Shown here: piece by piece, positions 25,712-35,194 of the stretch
Numbering within the stretch: the stretch's first letter is position 1
Layout of the letters: each line of letters begins with the position of its first letter
From: a virus
Taxonomy: Duplodnaviria; Caudoviricetes
Virus record (IMG/VR): IMGVR_UViG_3300033489_000016
Span: 1-46,442 of that record
DNA: 46,442 nt
Strand: one strand, 5' to 3'
The notes under the pieces: model-generated
Seen by the model: only the letters and a program-made list of their open reading frames with translations
Told to the model about the DNA's origin: nothing
Database searches by the model: none
Program-made: the position numbers and the translations under genes

Positions 25712-28264
25712 ATGGCTGGCGAGACATTAAGTTGGCAGGACAAATTGGCGGCGGCGCGCTTGATGGCAATCATGAAGTGGCCTTGGATGCGCGTGGCGTT
25801 GTTCTCTCTGATTCCTAAACCCGCGCAGGGTTTGGGGACGCTCGGCGTAACCTACGATGGGATCATGCATGTCGATCCCGCTGCGATCGAACGATGGACC
25901 GTACCTGAGATCGCGGCGGCGGTTATCCATGAGGTCACACACGTTTTGCGGGAACATAATATTCGAGGGGCTGCTATTGGCGCTTATCCGAAACCTTGGA
26001 ATCTTTCGTGTTTTCCTGGAGATGTACTGCTCGAAAACGGGGAACAAATCAAAACCGCGCGTAATACAGCGCGCGAATTTTCTGGGGAACTTATTGAAAT
26101 ATTCACACAAGTAGGATCACTCGCGGCAACGCCGGAACACCCGCTGCGCGCACGTATTAGAAAACACAAAGTTGGGATTAATCCTGTTATTTTACGTGAT
26201 GCGGTTTGGCGCGAAATTGCAGAATTACGTGTTGGCGATTATGTGCTCGTGCCGTGTTTACGGAAAATAGACGCGAACTCGATTGATTTGCAGCCTTTCA
26301 TACAAAAAGGACACGATTCAAAAGGGCGCGCCACGTTCGGAAACCGTGCGATTAAAACATTAGATATTACCCCCGACCTCGCGTGGTTGATCGGTTTATG
26401 GGTTGCAGAAGGAAGTGCAAGCCCTCCAGTTCAATTTTCGTTGGGTGCACATGAACTTCAGATCATCGAACGCGTAAAATCTATTGCTTCTACGCTAGGC
26501 TACCATTCTTCACAAAGCGTTCGTGACAATAGCGTAAGCGTTACACTTGGTAGCGTAGTGTTTGGAAGGTGGCTTAAATTTAATTGCGGTTCGGGCGCGC
26601 ATAATAAACGTGTTCCGAATTTCATTTTACACCATCCCGATAAAGATATTCGATCCGCATTTCTTAGCGGATTACTCATGGGAGATGGGTGTGTAAGAAT
26701 TCAAGGTAAAAAACGATGGGGAATAATAAGCACGGTTTCATCTGCGTTGGCTAATGGCGTGATCCTCCTTCTTGCACAAGATGGTATTGGGGCGCATCGA
26801 TCGATCATGACTAAAGGTCCTAGACAAATAGGCGCATCATTTACACATAAAAATCTTAAGCTGTATAGGATCGCTTATAATTTAGATGGTGTAAGTTATT
26901 CAACCCGTATAATGAAGGGGCATGAGGTAAAAGCGCGCCACGGTCGATGGAAATCTAACGACGAGGGTGTTTGGTATCCAATTAAACGTGTAGTTAAAAA
27001 AGAGTTTAAAGGTGCTGTTTATAATTTGGTGAATACACCTGATCATGTTTATGTTGCTAATTCACTATTAGTTCATAATTGCGACGCTGAAATTAATGAT
27101 GATCTTCAAAGTGCGGAGTGGACACTTCCAGGGCAACCATGCGTACCGGAACATTTCGGACTTCCGCGGGGGTTAACTGCAGAGGAATACTACGCCTCGA
27201 TTCGAATTATTAAATTCCCCTCATCTCAGAAGGGTGGATCAGGCGAAGGGGATTCTTCCGAATCTGATGGCATTGGCGGCGGCGGTTCCGCCGAATCAGA
27301 AGAAAACCCAGAGAATGGAAATGGACAGGAATCAGGCGATAGGGATTCCGCGGAAACGTCAGACGAAACAGGCGGGGGTTCTTCCCCTTCCGATGGTTCC
27401 GGAAGTTCTGCCGGCACGGGAAGCTGCGACAAGCCTGCGGTCGGGCAGGGATGGTGTGGTTCGTGTGGCGGGCGCGCGCTTCCGGGCGAGGAAGAATCGC
27501 GAAAGGAGGTTGGAGGCGGACGATCGAAAAGTGAAATGAGTGGTATTCGCCGACAAACCGCTGAAGCTATTCGCGACATAGAAGAGAAAAGTCGCGGAAC
27601 GGTTCCCGCCAACTGGGCGCGTTGGTCCAATGAACAATTGCTTCCGCCTAAAATCGATTGGCGCACGAAGCTCGCCAGGCTTTGCAGGAATTTCGTGGCA
27701 CGACGCGCGGGTGCGGTGGATATGAGTTACCACAAACCATCGCGAAGACAGGCGGGGCTTGGGTACGGTAATGGCCACGCCGTACTTCCCGCCTACTTCG
27801 CACCGGTTCCCCGCGTCGCAATCATGGTCGACACAAGTGGATCCATGAGCAAAGGGGATTTACTGCGCGCGGTGTCCGAAAGCGAGGGTGTAATGAAAGC
27901 GATTGGATCCGAAATCGCTTTCTTTTCGTTGGACGCCAAGGTTCACACGGTTTCGAAGGTTCGAACGGCACGTGAGTTAGCGAACAAACTCGTTGGCGGC
28001 GGGGGTACAGACTTTGCGCCTGGATTCGAGGAGCTCGGCAAGCTCCCAATACACGAGCGGCCGAAGATCGTCGTATTCATGACCGATGGCTACGGGCCCG
28101 CCCCGCTAAATCCGCCAGTTGGCGTCGACACGATTTGGGTTTTGATTGGCGAGAAATGTCGAAAACCTTGGCCGCATGGTAATGCGAACGTTGCGCTATC
28201 CTGGGGATCGTTTGTGGAGGTCGATAATGACTGCAAGGAAACGCAAGCGAGTCTCATTGGTTGA
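25712..28264 (+). CDS. DUF2201-type metallopeptidase plus VWA domain protein, intein-containing
   Basis: GGAGG RBS then ATG at 25712; HEVTH...WNLS/CDAEIN; acidic Gly/Ser linker; IDWR; MIDAS motifs DTSGSM, GGGTDF, FMTDGY. Confidence 0.88.
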   Translation: MAGETLSWQDKLAAARLMAIMKWPWMRVALFSLIPKPAQGLGTLGVTYDGIMHVDPAAIERWTVPEIAAAVIHEVTHVLREHNIRGAAIGAYPKPWNLSCFPGDVLLENGEQIKTARNTAREFSGELIEIFTQVGSLAATPEHPLRARIRKHKVGINPVILRDAVWREIAELRVGDYVLVPCLRKIDANSIDLQPFIQKGHDSKGRATFGNRAIKTLDITPDLAWLIGLWVAEGSASPPVQFSLGAHELQIIERVKSIASTLGYHSSQSVRDNSVSVTLGSVVFGRWLKFNCGSGAHNKRVPNFILHHPDKDIRSAFLSGLLMGDGCVRIQGKKRWGIISTVSSALANGVILLLAQDGIGAHRSIMTKGPRQIGASFTHKNLKLYRIAYNLDGVSYSTRIMKGHEVKARHGRWKSNDEGVWYPIKRVVKKEFKGAVYNLVNTPDHVYVANSLLVHNCDAEINDDLQSAEWTLPGQPCVPEHFGLPRGLTAEEYYASIRIIKFPSSQKGGSGEGDSSESDGIGGGGSAESEENPENGNGQESGDRDSAETSDETGGGSSPSDGSGSSAGTGSCDKPAVGQGWCGSCGGRALPGEEESRKEVGGGRSKSEMSGIRRQTAEAIRDIEEKSRGTVPANWARWSNEQLLPPKIDWRTKLARLCRNFVARRAGAVDMSYHKPSRRQAGLGYGNGHAVLPAYFAPVPRVAIMVDTSGSMSKGDLLRAVSESEGVMKAIGSEIAFFSLDAKVHTVSKVRTARELANKLVGGGGTDFAPGFEELGKLPIHERPKIVVFMTDGYGPAPLNPPVGVDTIWVLIGEKCRKPWPHGNANVALSWGSFVEVDNDCKETQASLIG
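26009..27079 (+). mobile_element. Intein with LAGLIDADG homing endonuclease (357 aa)
   Basis: Starts CFPGD, has TPEHP block B, LIGLWVAEG and FLSGLLMGDG motifs, ends LLVHN/C; AT-richer than its flanks. Confidence 0.92.
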
Positions 28265-28712
28265 ACTGATAAAAGACGTTACTTCCCCTCCAGGAATTAA
28301 TACACGTGAAGAGTATTGGCTGTCTATCAATAAGTTAGTCCTTCAGACAAACACGATTTTACACCGGATTTTAGAGATGGGAGGATTGGGAATCGACGGG
28401 AAAGATATCCTAGAAACTATTCGAGTTACGTTTCTCAGGGTGTGTTCGTTAGAAGGTGATATTTCTATCGAGTCGCTTCGCGCGCCGAAAGCTGCGCCGA
28501 CCTTAGCAGCAACTGAAAAAGGGAAGGGTGTGATCTATTCGATCGTGCACATAAAAAACATGCTCGCAACGTTTCCCGTTATCGTTGCGCTAGAGGAGTT
28601 CAAGGAATTAGATCGAATGATTACGGCAACAGGAGGAGAAATCTTGTTGTCGTATACGGCAGCAGTACTCGTTGAATCCCAAGCATTCGAAGGATCGAAA
28701 GGCACTCGATGA
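28227..28712 (+). CDS. Hypothetical protein
   Basis: GGAGG RBS then ATG at 28227; ATGA coupling to the next gene. Confidence 0.6.
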   Translation: MTARKRKRVSLVELIKDVTSPPGINTREEYWLSINKLVLQTNTILHRILEMGGLGIDGKDILETIRVTFLRVCSLEGDISIESLRAPKAAPTLAATEKGKGVIYSIVHIKNMLATFPVIVALEEFKELDRMITATGGEILLSYTAAVLVESQAFEGSKGTR

Positions 28713-29269
28713 GAGTTACGAGATCGTTTCCTCATTACCCGGCAGTCGTATGCCCCGCTTGTGGTAAAAAGTTATCCGCGTTATTTTCATTAGAAGAACA
28801 TCAGCGCAGCCCCGGTTGCAAAGCGCGGCAGAACGTTCGCGAACTTATGGCTACCGGTTGGACTGCGTATTCATCGCGCGCGATAAGTACGCTGCGGATC
28901 AATTTAGATCTAGGTTCTGACGTTGTACGCGAAGTATTGATCCCGGAAGATGTGCTTACAATTCCTAAATTAATTTCTTTAAAGGTTGCAGCACGTGGGC
29001 GCGATCATACAGGCACCAACATCATAATCGGTTATATGATTCGGGATTGGTTAGCTACGGTTCTTGATTCGTACCGGACGGCACTTCAGATAGGCCAATT
29101 AACTTTTAACGATCTTCTCGAAGATCCCAGATCAACTGAATTTCCTCCCGTCCTTATGAATCTAGTTGATCAGATTTACAAAAACGAATCTCATCGCGCA
29201 GATGTCCTTGCCGCAATTCGGCTCGGCGGGTTCCGTGCGGCGGTTGATATCAGTAAGACCTGGAAGTAA
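28709..29269 (+). CDS. N-terminal C2HC Zn-finger protein (paralog of 32469-32942)
   Basis: CPACG...EHQRSPGC; GYMIRDWLATVL; AAIRLG. Confidence 0.7.
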   Translation: MRVTRSFPHYPAVVCPACGKKLSALFSLEEHQRSPGCKARQNVRELMATGWTAYSSRAISTLRINLDLGSDVVREVLIPEDVLTIPKLISLKVAARGRDHTGTNIIIGYMIRDWLATVLDSYRTALQIGQLTFNDLLEDPRSTEFPPVLMNLVDQIYKNESHRADVLAAIRLGGFRAAVDISKTWK

Positions 29270-29287
29270 AACCTGGTATTATTCTAC

Positions 29288-29317
29288 TTGCAACCGTTAG
29301 CAACCGTAGGTTATACT
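29288..29317 (+). promoter_or_regulatory. Promoter TTGCAA-N18-TATACT with tandem GCAACCGT repeats
   Basis: Hexamers at 29288-29293 and 29312-29317; GCAACCGT at 29290 and 29300 (10-bp period). Confidence 0.65.
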
Positions 29318-29354
29318 GACCACGTGCTCTAAACAGAAAGGCTGGACGTCACAA

Positions 29355-30512
29355 ATGGATATGCAAAAAATCATTAAGACTGTGTGGTTCACACCCACAC
29401 ATCGGGGTTGGGGTCTGCCGCTTGCATTCGAGGCTTCGCCCGGGACATCAAAGACGGCACAGATTCTACAAGTCTCCAGGACCTGTGGATTTTATTGCGA
29501 GGTGCTTTCGCCCGGTGAAAGGGGCGAAGGTGCCTTCGGAGTTGTTCCCGTGCCGGATAAAGGTGTGCTTACGTACCCCGCGCCAGAATGGACCAAACGT
29601 TTCGAGCAAGATGGGCGCGGCGTAGTGTTCCTGGACGAGCTCACAACGGCAGCCCCGGCGCTTCAGCCGCCACTGTTGGGCCTATTTTTGGAAGGGCGCA
29701 TCGGTGGCTATACTCTACCCGCAGGCGTGCGCTTGATTGCCGCGTACAACAAACCGGAAGAGGCCGCCGCGGGGTACGATCTGCCCGTGCCAGTAGCGAA
29801 TCGCATGGGTCACATGCTATTTGATGCGGGCGACGTTGAAGCTTGGATCGATTGGCTAATGACTGAGGATGGATTAGGCGCGGGTACGCTCGAGCCGATC
29901 AACCCGGAAGAGGAGGAGGAGCGTGTGCTTTTTAGATGGTCTGAATCGTTTGCGGTAGCCAAGGGCAAAGTCGCCGCATTTGTGAAGCGCCGTGGGGAGC
30001 TACTCCATAGGATGCCTCCCGTACACGATCCGAATGCCTCGCGTGCCTGGCCTAGCAGAAGGTCGTGGGAGTTTGCAACACGCGCGCTGGCAGCATCCGC
30101 GATTCACGATCTCACAGAAGATGAAAGCATTTCACTGGTTGGCGCGTTCGTCGGTACGGATGTCGCGGGGGAATTTCTCACCTTCTTGAAGGAGCACGAT
30201 TTACCTGATCCAGTTGAGCTTCTCGACGGCAAGATCACGTTCAAGCACGAGCCGCTTCGACTCGATCGCACGTACGCTGTTCTATCCGCGTGCACGGCGT
30301 TGGTCGTTCCGCCCAAAGCAGCTAGACGCGATGAGCGCGCGAGGGTGCTCTGGACGATTCTGCACGACATCGTCAAGGCCGGCGCGAAAGATGTGGCGTT
30401 CGGCCCCGCGCGTCGAATGGCGAAAGCTGGGCACCTCAAGCACAAAGAGGCGCGGCCCGTATTAGCCCAACTGAATAAGGTGATGGAGGCCGCGGGAATC
30501 ACGGGGCGCTAA
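29355..30512 (+). CDS. MoxR-like AAA+ ATPase (partner of DUF2201-VWA proteins)
   Basis: Variant Walker A ASPGTSKT, Walker B VVFLDE, IAAYN sensor I, ANRMGH and PSRRSWE motifs. Confidence 0.88.
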   Translation: MDMQKIIKTVWFTPTHRGWGLPLAFEASPGTSKTAQILQVSRTCGFYCEVLSPGERGEGAFGVVPVPDKGVLTYPAPEWTKRFEQDGRGVVFLDELTTAAPALQPPLLGLFLEGRIGGYTLPAGVRLIAAYNKPEEAAAGYDLPVPVANRMGHMLFDAGDVEAWIDWLMTEDGLGAGTLEPINPEEEEERVLFRWSESFAVAKGKVAAFVKRRGELLHRMPPVHDPNASRAWPSRRSWEFATRALAASAIHDLTEDESISLVGAFVGTDVAGEFLTFLKEHDLPDPVELLDGKITFKHEPLRLDRTYAVLSACTALVVPPKAARRDERARVLWTILHDIVKAGAKDVAFGPARRMAKAGHLKHKEARPVLAQLNKVMEAAGITGR

Positions 30513-31309
30513 TGCGTAACGGCACACCAGCGCTGGACATAAGTCTCCCAATCGCGTGTAGTTTCGCGATCGGGGGGTTTCACATGTTACGCATGATTTT
30601 TACGGAGGATGGCGAGCTACGGTATATCCGCGCACCGTGTACAGCCGAGCGCGATGCGACAACTGCGGCGAAACGGTTTGATGAACCCACCTGTGCCGAG
30701 ATCGCGAGTTACGTCCGGCACGCGATTAAGACAACCGCGCCTTCCGAAATGAGCGGGATGGCGCGATGCATTCCGATACCGATCGAACAAACTACGCTGC
30801 GTGGGGTTTACGAGGATGCCTTGCGCGTCATGGTTTCTCATGCCATCGGCATCCGTTTAAAACGCGATTCGTCGTTGCAGCCTTTTTACCTTACACAGCA
30901 ATTGGCAACGTTAGATCCCGACGCGTTATCCGATCGTAGAAATCATATGCTGAATAAAAGCATTGCGCGCGTGTTCGGAAGCGACATTGCGGGGTGCATA
31001 CACATTATGACCACTAGCCGCGGAACGGAGGTGTCTGCGCTTGATGCCAAAAACGGATCTCACTGGTTTCATTTTGCAAAGTTGGAAGGCAAACACTTCG
31101 AATTGATTAATCCAAGTTTCGAATCCTCGTCGTCCTTGCGGGGAAAAAGCGCGCTAGTCAAAGCAGACGGATTTTGTATTCCTTGTAATTCCTCGCAGAG
31201 TACGGTTACGCGCCATGTCCTTTCTGAAAAGCATCGCAAGAATGTCGTAAATCTCTGCAAGCGCATCGTAGCGCACCTCAATAAACGATTGGAGGTGCGC
31301 AGTGTTTAA
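30512..31309 (+). CDS. Hypothetical protein with C-terminal U1/matrin-like C2H2 finger
   Basis: FCIPCNSSQSTVTRHVLSEKHRKNV. Confidence 0.65.
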   Translation: MRNGTPALDISLPIACSFAIGGFHMLRMIFTEDGELRYIRAPCTAERDATTAAKRFDEPTCAEIASYVRHAIKTTAPSEMSGMARCIPIPIEQTTLRGVYEDALRVMVSHAIGIRLKRDSSLQPFYLTQQLATLDPDALSDRRNHMLNKSIARVFGSDIAGCIHIMTTSRGTEVSALDAKNGSHWFHFAKLEGKHFELINPSFESSSSLRGKSALVKADGFCIPCNSSQSTVTRHVLSEKHRKNVVNLCKRIVAHLNKRLEVRSV

Positions 31310-31973
31310 AGCCGAGCGCTGCTGGAATCTTCGGCGCGCGCCTATCTATAAAAAGGGGGTGCGGGGCGTTCAACAAGTGGTCGATTACGGTTGGCGCGCG
31401 GTGGAATACGTGAGGTCCCCCCGCCCCGACGATTCTTCTTTGTTCGTCTGGATGCGCGGGAGTAATATTTCGAAAGTAATTCGGACGGGGGTTGGTTGTT
31501 TGGAGGCCGCCAATCAAGATGGTCTTTTTACGGAACTGTCGTTCGTCAAAACAGCGCGCCACAAAAGACCCGCGTTGCGGATTGAGGACTACGTGGATCC
31601 CGCCATGTTGGCAGAATGGCGGCTGGGCGCAACACTTTATCTACGAATCGTGATGAATGTAAAACCCTGGGTGAACCGCGAACCGATGTTACGGACGCTA
31701 CTCATTACTAGAAGATATAAGAGTCGGAAGCCTTGGGAAATAATTTCGGATCTTGGCGTATGGCCCGATCCAACACTGGTCGCGGATTCTCTCGGGGTTA
31801 GGTACGCATGGACGCATAATTCGTTAGATGCGCCATTGCTTTCTGTTGTAACCTTAGGCAAACGCCCGAGCAGAATTTCGGCAGAGGAACGAATACGGAT
31901 ACTCAAGAAAGAAAAACTGGAGGCTAGACATGGATATCCAAATCGAACGGATGGCGCGAAGGATGGCACGTAG
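31302..31973 (+). CDS. Hypothetical basic protein
   Basis: GGAGG RBS with GTG start; fills the operon. Confidence 0.55.
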   Translation: MFKAERCWNLRRAPIYKKGVRGVQQVVDYGWRAVEYVRSPRPDDSSLFVWMRGSNISKVIRTGVGCLEAANQDGLFTELSFVKTARHKRPALRIEDYVDPAMLAEWRLGATLYLRIVMNVKPWVNREPMLRTLLITRRYKSRKPWEIISDLGVWPDPTLVADSLGVRYAWTHNSLDAPLLSVVTLGKRPSRISAEERIRILKKEKLEARHGYPNRTDGAKDGT

Positions 31974-32472
31974 CTTCGCGTTTCACTATCGAGGCAATGC
32001 CAATGACAACGAGGATTATTTTCAGGAAGCCATGTGTGTTGTGTTAGAGATACGGAAACGTTGTGATCCAAGCCGTGATTTCCAAAACTACGCGCGTGGC
32101 GCTATCCGCCGTAGACTGTACTGGTATGCTACGAAGGAACACGCGCCAGTTATCGGGAGCACACACAGCATTCGCGCATTGAACGTGTCCAGGTCAACAG
32201 AACTTACCGATCGGATCCAACACCTAGTCACACCAGAATTCCTTTTGCACTCGGCTCGCTGGGCATTAGACATCAGTCTGTTAATCCAAGACGCGTTCGA
32301 ACGGGTACCTGATGGGGAGGTGGCCAGAAAGGTTCTACTCGATGGGCTGCCAGCGGGCGCGGTCGCGCGCGAGCATTCGTTTCCGTTATGGCGTGTGTAC
32401 CGTGCCACAAGAAAAGTCCGAAAGGCGATTAGAACGGATAGACGGCTACAAACGCTGTGGGAAAACGCATGA
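31930..32472 (+). CDS. RNA polymerase sigma-factor-like protein (ECF-sized)
   Basis: EDYFQEAMCVVLE...DPSR.FQNYARGAIRRRL resembles region 2; C-terminal HTH-like region 4. Confidence 0.7.
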   Translation: MDIQIERMARRMARSFAFHYRGNANDNEDYFQEAMCVVLEIRKRCDPSRDFQNYARGAIRRRLYWYATKEHAPVIGSTHSIRALNVSRSTELTDRIQHLVTPEFLLHSARWALDISLLIQDAFERVPDGEVARKVLLDGLPAGAVAREHSFPLWRVYRATRKVRKAIRTDRRLQTLWENA

Positions 32473-32942
32473 AGCCTAAAATGCAACTCATGCTGTGCTC
32501 GCGATGCTACCTACGCTATCGAGACCCCGCGCACGTTGGTTCGGATTATTGCAAGCTAACAGTAATCCACAGGAATCGCAGGCGAGAAGGGTTGCAAGTA
32601 TGTCATGGCAATTGGATCCGATTAGTTCGGGATGCGGGCATCCCGTTAATTGAAGACTTCATCAGACTTGATTTTAAAAATAAGATGTACGAACGCGTTG
32701 GAATTAAGGGTTATTGGATACCAAACTGGGTAGACACATTTCTGCATAAGACCGCAGATAAGAGCCCTAATAAGATTAGTAGAAATCGACGGGTGAAGTA
32801 CCTACACGTTCTTAGCGACGATGGCGTACGCGCCGAATTTTCGGCTGCGGTAAGGCTCGGGAATTACAAGGGCGCATTTGTGTTTTTAGACGGAATTATA
32901 AAAGATGAAGATCAAGCTAACGCTCAAATAATGGAGAAGTGA
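32469..32942 (+). CDS. N-terminal C2HC Zn-finger protein (paralog of 28709-29269)
   Basis: CSRC...HVGSDYC; GYWIPNWVDTFL; AAVRLG. Confidence 0.7.
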   Translation: MKPKMQLMLCSRCYLRYRDPAHVGSDYCKLTVIHRNRRREGLQVCHGNWIRLVRDAGIPLIEDFIRLDFKNKMYERVGIKGYWIPNWVDTFLHKTADKSPNKISRNRRVKYLHVLSDDGVRAEFSAAVRLGNYKGAFVFLDGIIKDEDQANAQIMEK

Positions 32943-33244
32943 ATATGGCACAAACGAGAAAACCTAGGGGTAAGTACACGCGGGTGGTCTTACCAAAACT
33001 GGTAGATCCTCCGAAGAGAGAGAGCCAGCAAGAACTATTGTTGCAGCATGGATATTTACTGCCATCAGACGCGGCGCAACGCGCCGGCGTGAACATGTCC
33101 ACGATTTATAGAATGATCAAGCAGGGTAAAATCGAAGCGGTAAGAGTGGGTCAGTATTCTTACGTGGTCGCAAAATCCCTCGCGGCGTATTACTCGGAGG
33201 TCAAACTTCTGCGCGATCGGATACTCGCGGGCGTCATAGAATAA
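32939..33244 (+). CDS. Excisionase/MerR-like HTH DNA-binding protein
   Basis: YLLPSDAAQRAGVNMSTIYRMIKQGKIEAVRVG. Confidence 0.8.
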   Translation: MNMAQTRKPRGKYTRVVLPKLVDPPKRESQQELLLQHGYLLPSDAAQRAGVNMSTIYRMIKQGKIEAVRVGQYSYVVAKSLAAYYSEVKLLRDRILAGVIE

Positions 33245-33253
33245 GGGTACGCC

Positions 33254-35158
33254 ATGATTTTAAAACTGTCTAACCTACTCACGACAGTCGAATGCACTGA
33301 CGAAGAGTTCGACTGGATCTTTGACTATCTATCGTTCGAAAGTAAATTCTTCCGGCCGACAAAGGGGCAATATACGATCGAGCGGATTCGGCTGTTTAAT
33401 CGATCGGCGATGACCTTTCCAACCGGCTTCGTTTCAATGGTGGAAAAGACGGCCGCGGCTAAAGGATTCCCGATTGTAAAGGAAGATAAACGTGTCAAGC
33501 CCATCGCGAGAGATCCTAATGCGGATCTCAGTTGGCTGCGCGATTACCAACTGGAGGCGGCTAAAATCGCTTCGCAGCGTACACGAGGGATTCTTTGGAT
33601 TCCAACCGGAGGCGGCAAATGTCTTGGCATAGGAACACGTGTGATCAAGTACGATGGCAGCCTCGTTGCTGTCGAGGACTTGCGCGTGGGCGATATGCTA
33701 ATGGGACCCGATTCCTGTGGTAGAACAGTGCAATCAGTGACGCGTGGCGCGGGCCCCTTGTTTCGCATCGATCCCAGAAATTCAAACCCGCTGTCATGGG
33801 TTTGTAATGATGCTCACGTACTCACGTTGATCGGCGCAAAGGGGCCGATGAGGAAAATCATTGATACCCCTCTAACCAAGTTCATGAAGTTAAAGTCGGG
33901 GCATGATTACTACAAGTTGTTTAGCGTAGACGTTTCATTCGACCCTCCCACAGGATCCGGGTTTCCTAAGATTGCGCCCGTGATCGTTAACAAGAATTAC
34001 AACTTCAGCATCACGCCAATCGGAGAGGGCGAGTACGCGGGGTTTACGCTCGATGGGGATGGCCGTTTCCTGCTCGAGGATCTGACGGTTACGCACAACA
34101 CGGAGGTCGGAATCGCGATGGCGCTAGCCTACCCGTGTCCATGGGTATTCATCGTGCATCGCGCAACGTTGTTGCAGCAAGCCGCAGAGCGTTGGGAGAA
34201 ACGTAGTGGAGAGCCCGCCGGATGTATTGGCGACAAGGTTTTCAAAATCCATCGTTTCAATGTGGCGACCTTCCAGACGCTACTCTCCCTTGTAAAGCAA
34301 CGCCGTACGAATCCTAAAGATATTAAAGTCCAGATGTTTTCGGATCTGGTAAACACAACAGGAGGAATGATTGTTGACGAGTCTCACGTTCTTCCCGCGA
34401 GAAACTACTCCCTCGTCGCGATGCGATTCAAAAACGCATACTGGAGAATTGGTCTTTCAGGAACCCCGTTATCGCGCGGCGATCGCAGAAGCCTCATGGC
34501 GATTGGGACTCTTGGACCTGTCATCTACCGTTTGATGCCCAACACACTGATCAAACAAGGAGTGCTCGCCCGTCCAGATATCCGTATCGTCGACACGTTT
34601 GGAACGAGCACTTCGGATCGCTACACTTCAATTTACGGCTCAACGGTTATTCGGAACACAGAGCGGAACGAACTGATAACGGAAATTGCGAAGATCGCAG
34701 ACAAGCCATCGTTAGTATTTGTCAAATCGCTGAAGCACGGAAAACACCTGCTTGATCGGTTCAAACGTGTCGGCCTAAACGCGGAATTCATTTGGGGCGC
34801 GGCTTTATCAGTGAAACGCAGGGCTGCGGTTGAGCGACTCGTGCGCGCGGAAATCGATGTTTTAATCACGTCAGTTATTTTTCAGGAAGGCGTCGACATA
34901 CCGGAGCTTCGTTCTGTTGTCATTGCAACAGCGGGTAAAAGCGTGATTGCGGCGATCCAAAGAATCGGGCGCGGCATGCGAATGTCTGCAGGAAAGAATG
35001 GTGTTTTTCAGGTCTGGGACTTCTACGACTACGGTCACCGTGTCATGGAAAACCATTCTGCCGGTAGGATAAAGGCGTACAAGAAGGAGGGCTACGAAGT
35101 TCTTCGAATCAAAACGTTGGATCAACTCCAGTTGAATTTAGGTAGCCAGTCGAGGTAG
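33254..35158 (+). CDS. SF2 DExH helicase (UvsW/XPB-like), intein-containing
   Basis: LRDYQ, PTGGGK/T, IVDESH, GLSGTP, EGVDIP and QRIGRGMR motifs. Confidence 0.92.
   Translation: MILKLSNLLTTVECTDEEFDWIFDYLSFESKFFRPTKGQYTIERIRLFNRSAMTFPTGFVSMVEKTAAAKGFPIVKEDKRVKPIARDPNADLSWLRDYQLEAAKIASQRTRGILWIPTGGGKCLGIGTRVIKYDGSLVAVEDLRVGDMLMGPDSCGRTVQSVTRGAGPLFRIDPRNSNPLSWVCNDAHVLTLIGAKGPMRKIIDTPLTKFMKLKSGHDYYKLFSVDVSFDPPTGSGFPKIAPVIVNKNYNFSITPIGEGEYAGFTLDGDGRFLLEDLTVTHNTEVGIAMALAYPCPWVFIVHRATLLQQAAERWEKRSGEPAGCIGDKVFKIHRFNVATFQTLLSLVKQRRTNPKDIKVQMFSDLVNTTGGMIVDESHVLPARNYSLVAMRFKNAYWRIGLSGTPLSRGDRRSLMAIGTLGPVIYRLMPNTLIKQGVLARPDIRIVDTFGTSTSDRYTSIYGSTVIRNTERNELITEIAKIADKPSLVFVKSLKHGKHLLDRFKRVGLNAEFIWGAALSVKRRAAVERLVRAEIDVLITSVIFQEGVDIPELRSVVIATAGKSVIAAIQRIGRGMRMSAGKNGVFQVWDFYDYGHRVMENHSAGRIKAYKKEGYEVLRIKTLDQLQLNLGSQSR
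33620..34099 (+). mobile_element. Mini-intein (160 aa, no endonuclease) in the helicase P-loop
   Basis: GK/CLGIGT...CNDAHVL...GFTLDGDGRFLLEDLTVTHN/T. Confidence 0.92.
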
Positions 35159-35194
35159 AAAGATCGTAGAGTTTTTACTTTAGGAGCTTACACC

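Noticed and set aside
27230-27430. Gly/Ser/Glu low-complexity tract as a separate element
   Set aside because: It is the usual disordered linker between the peptidase and VWA domains in this family.
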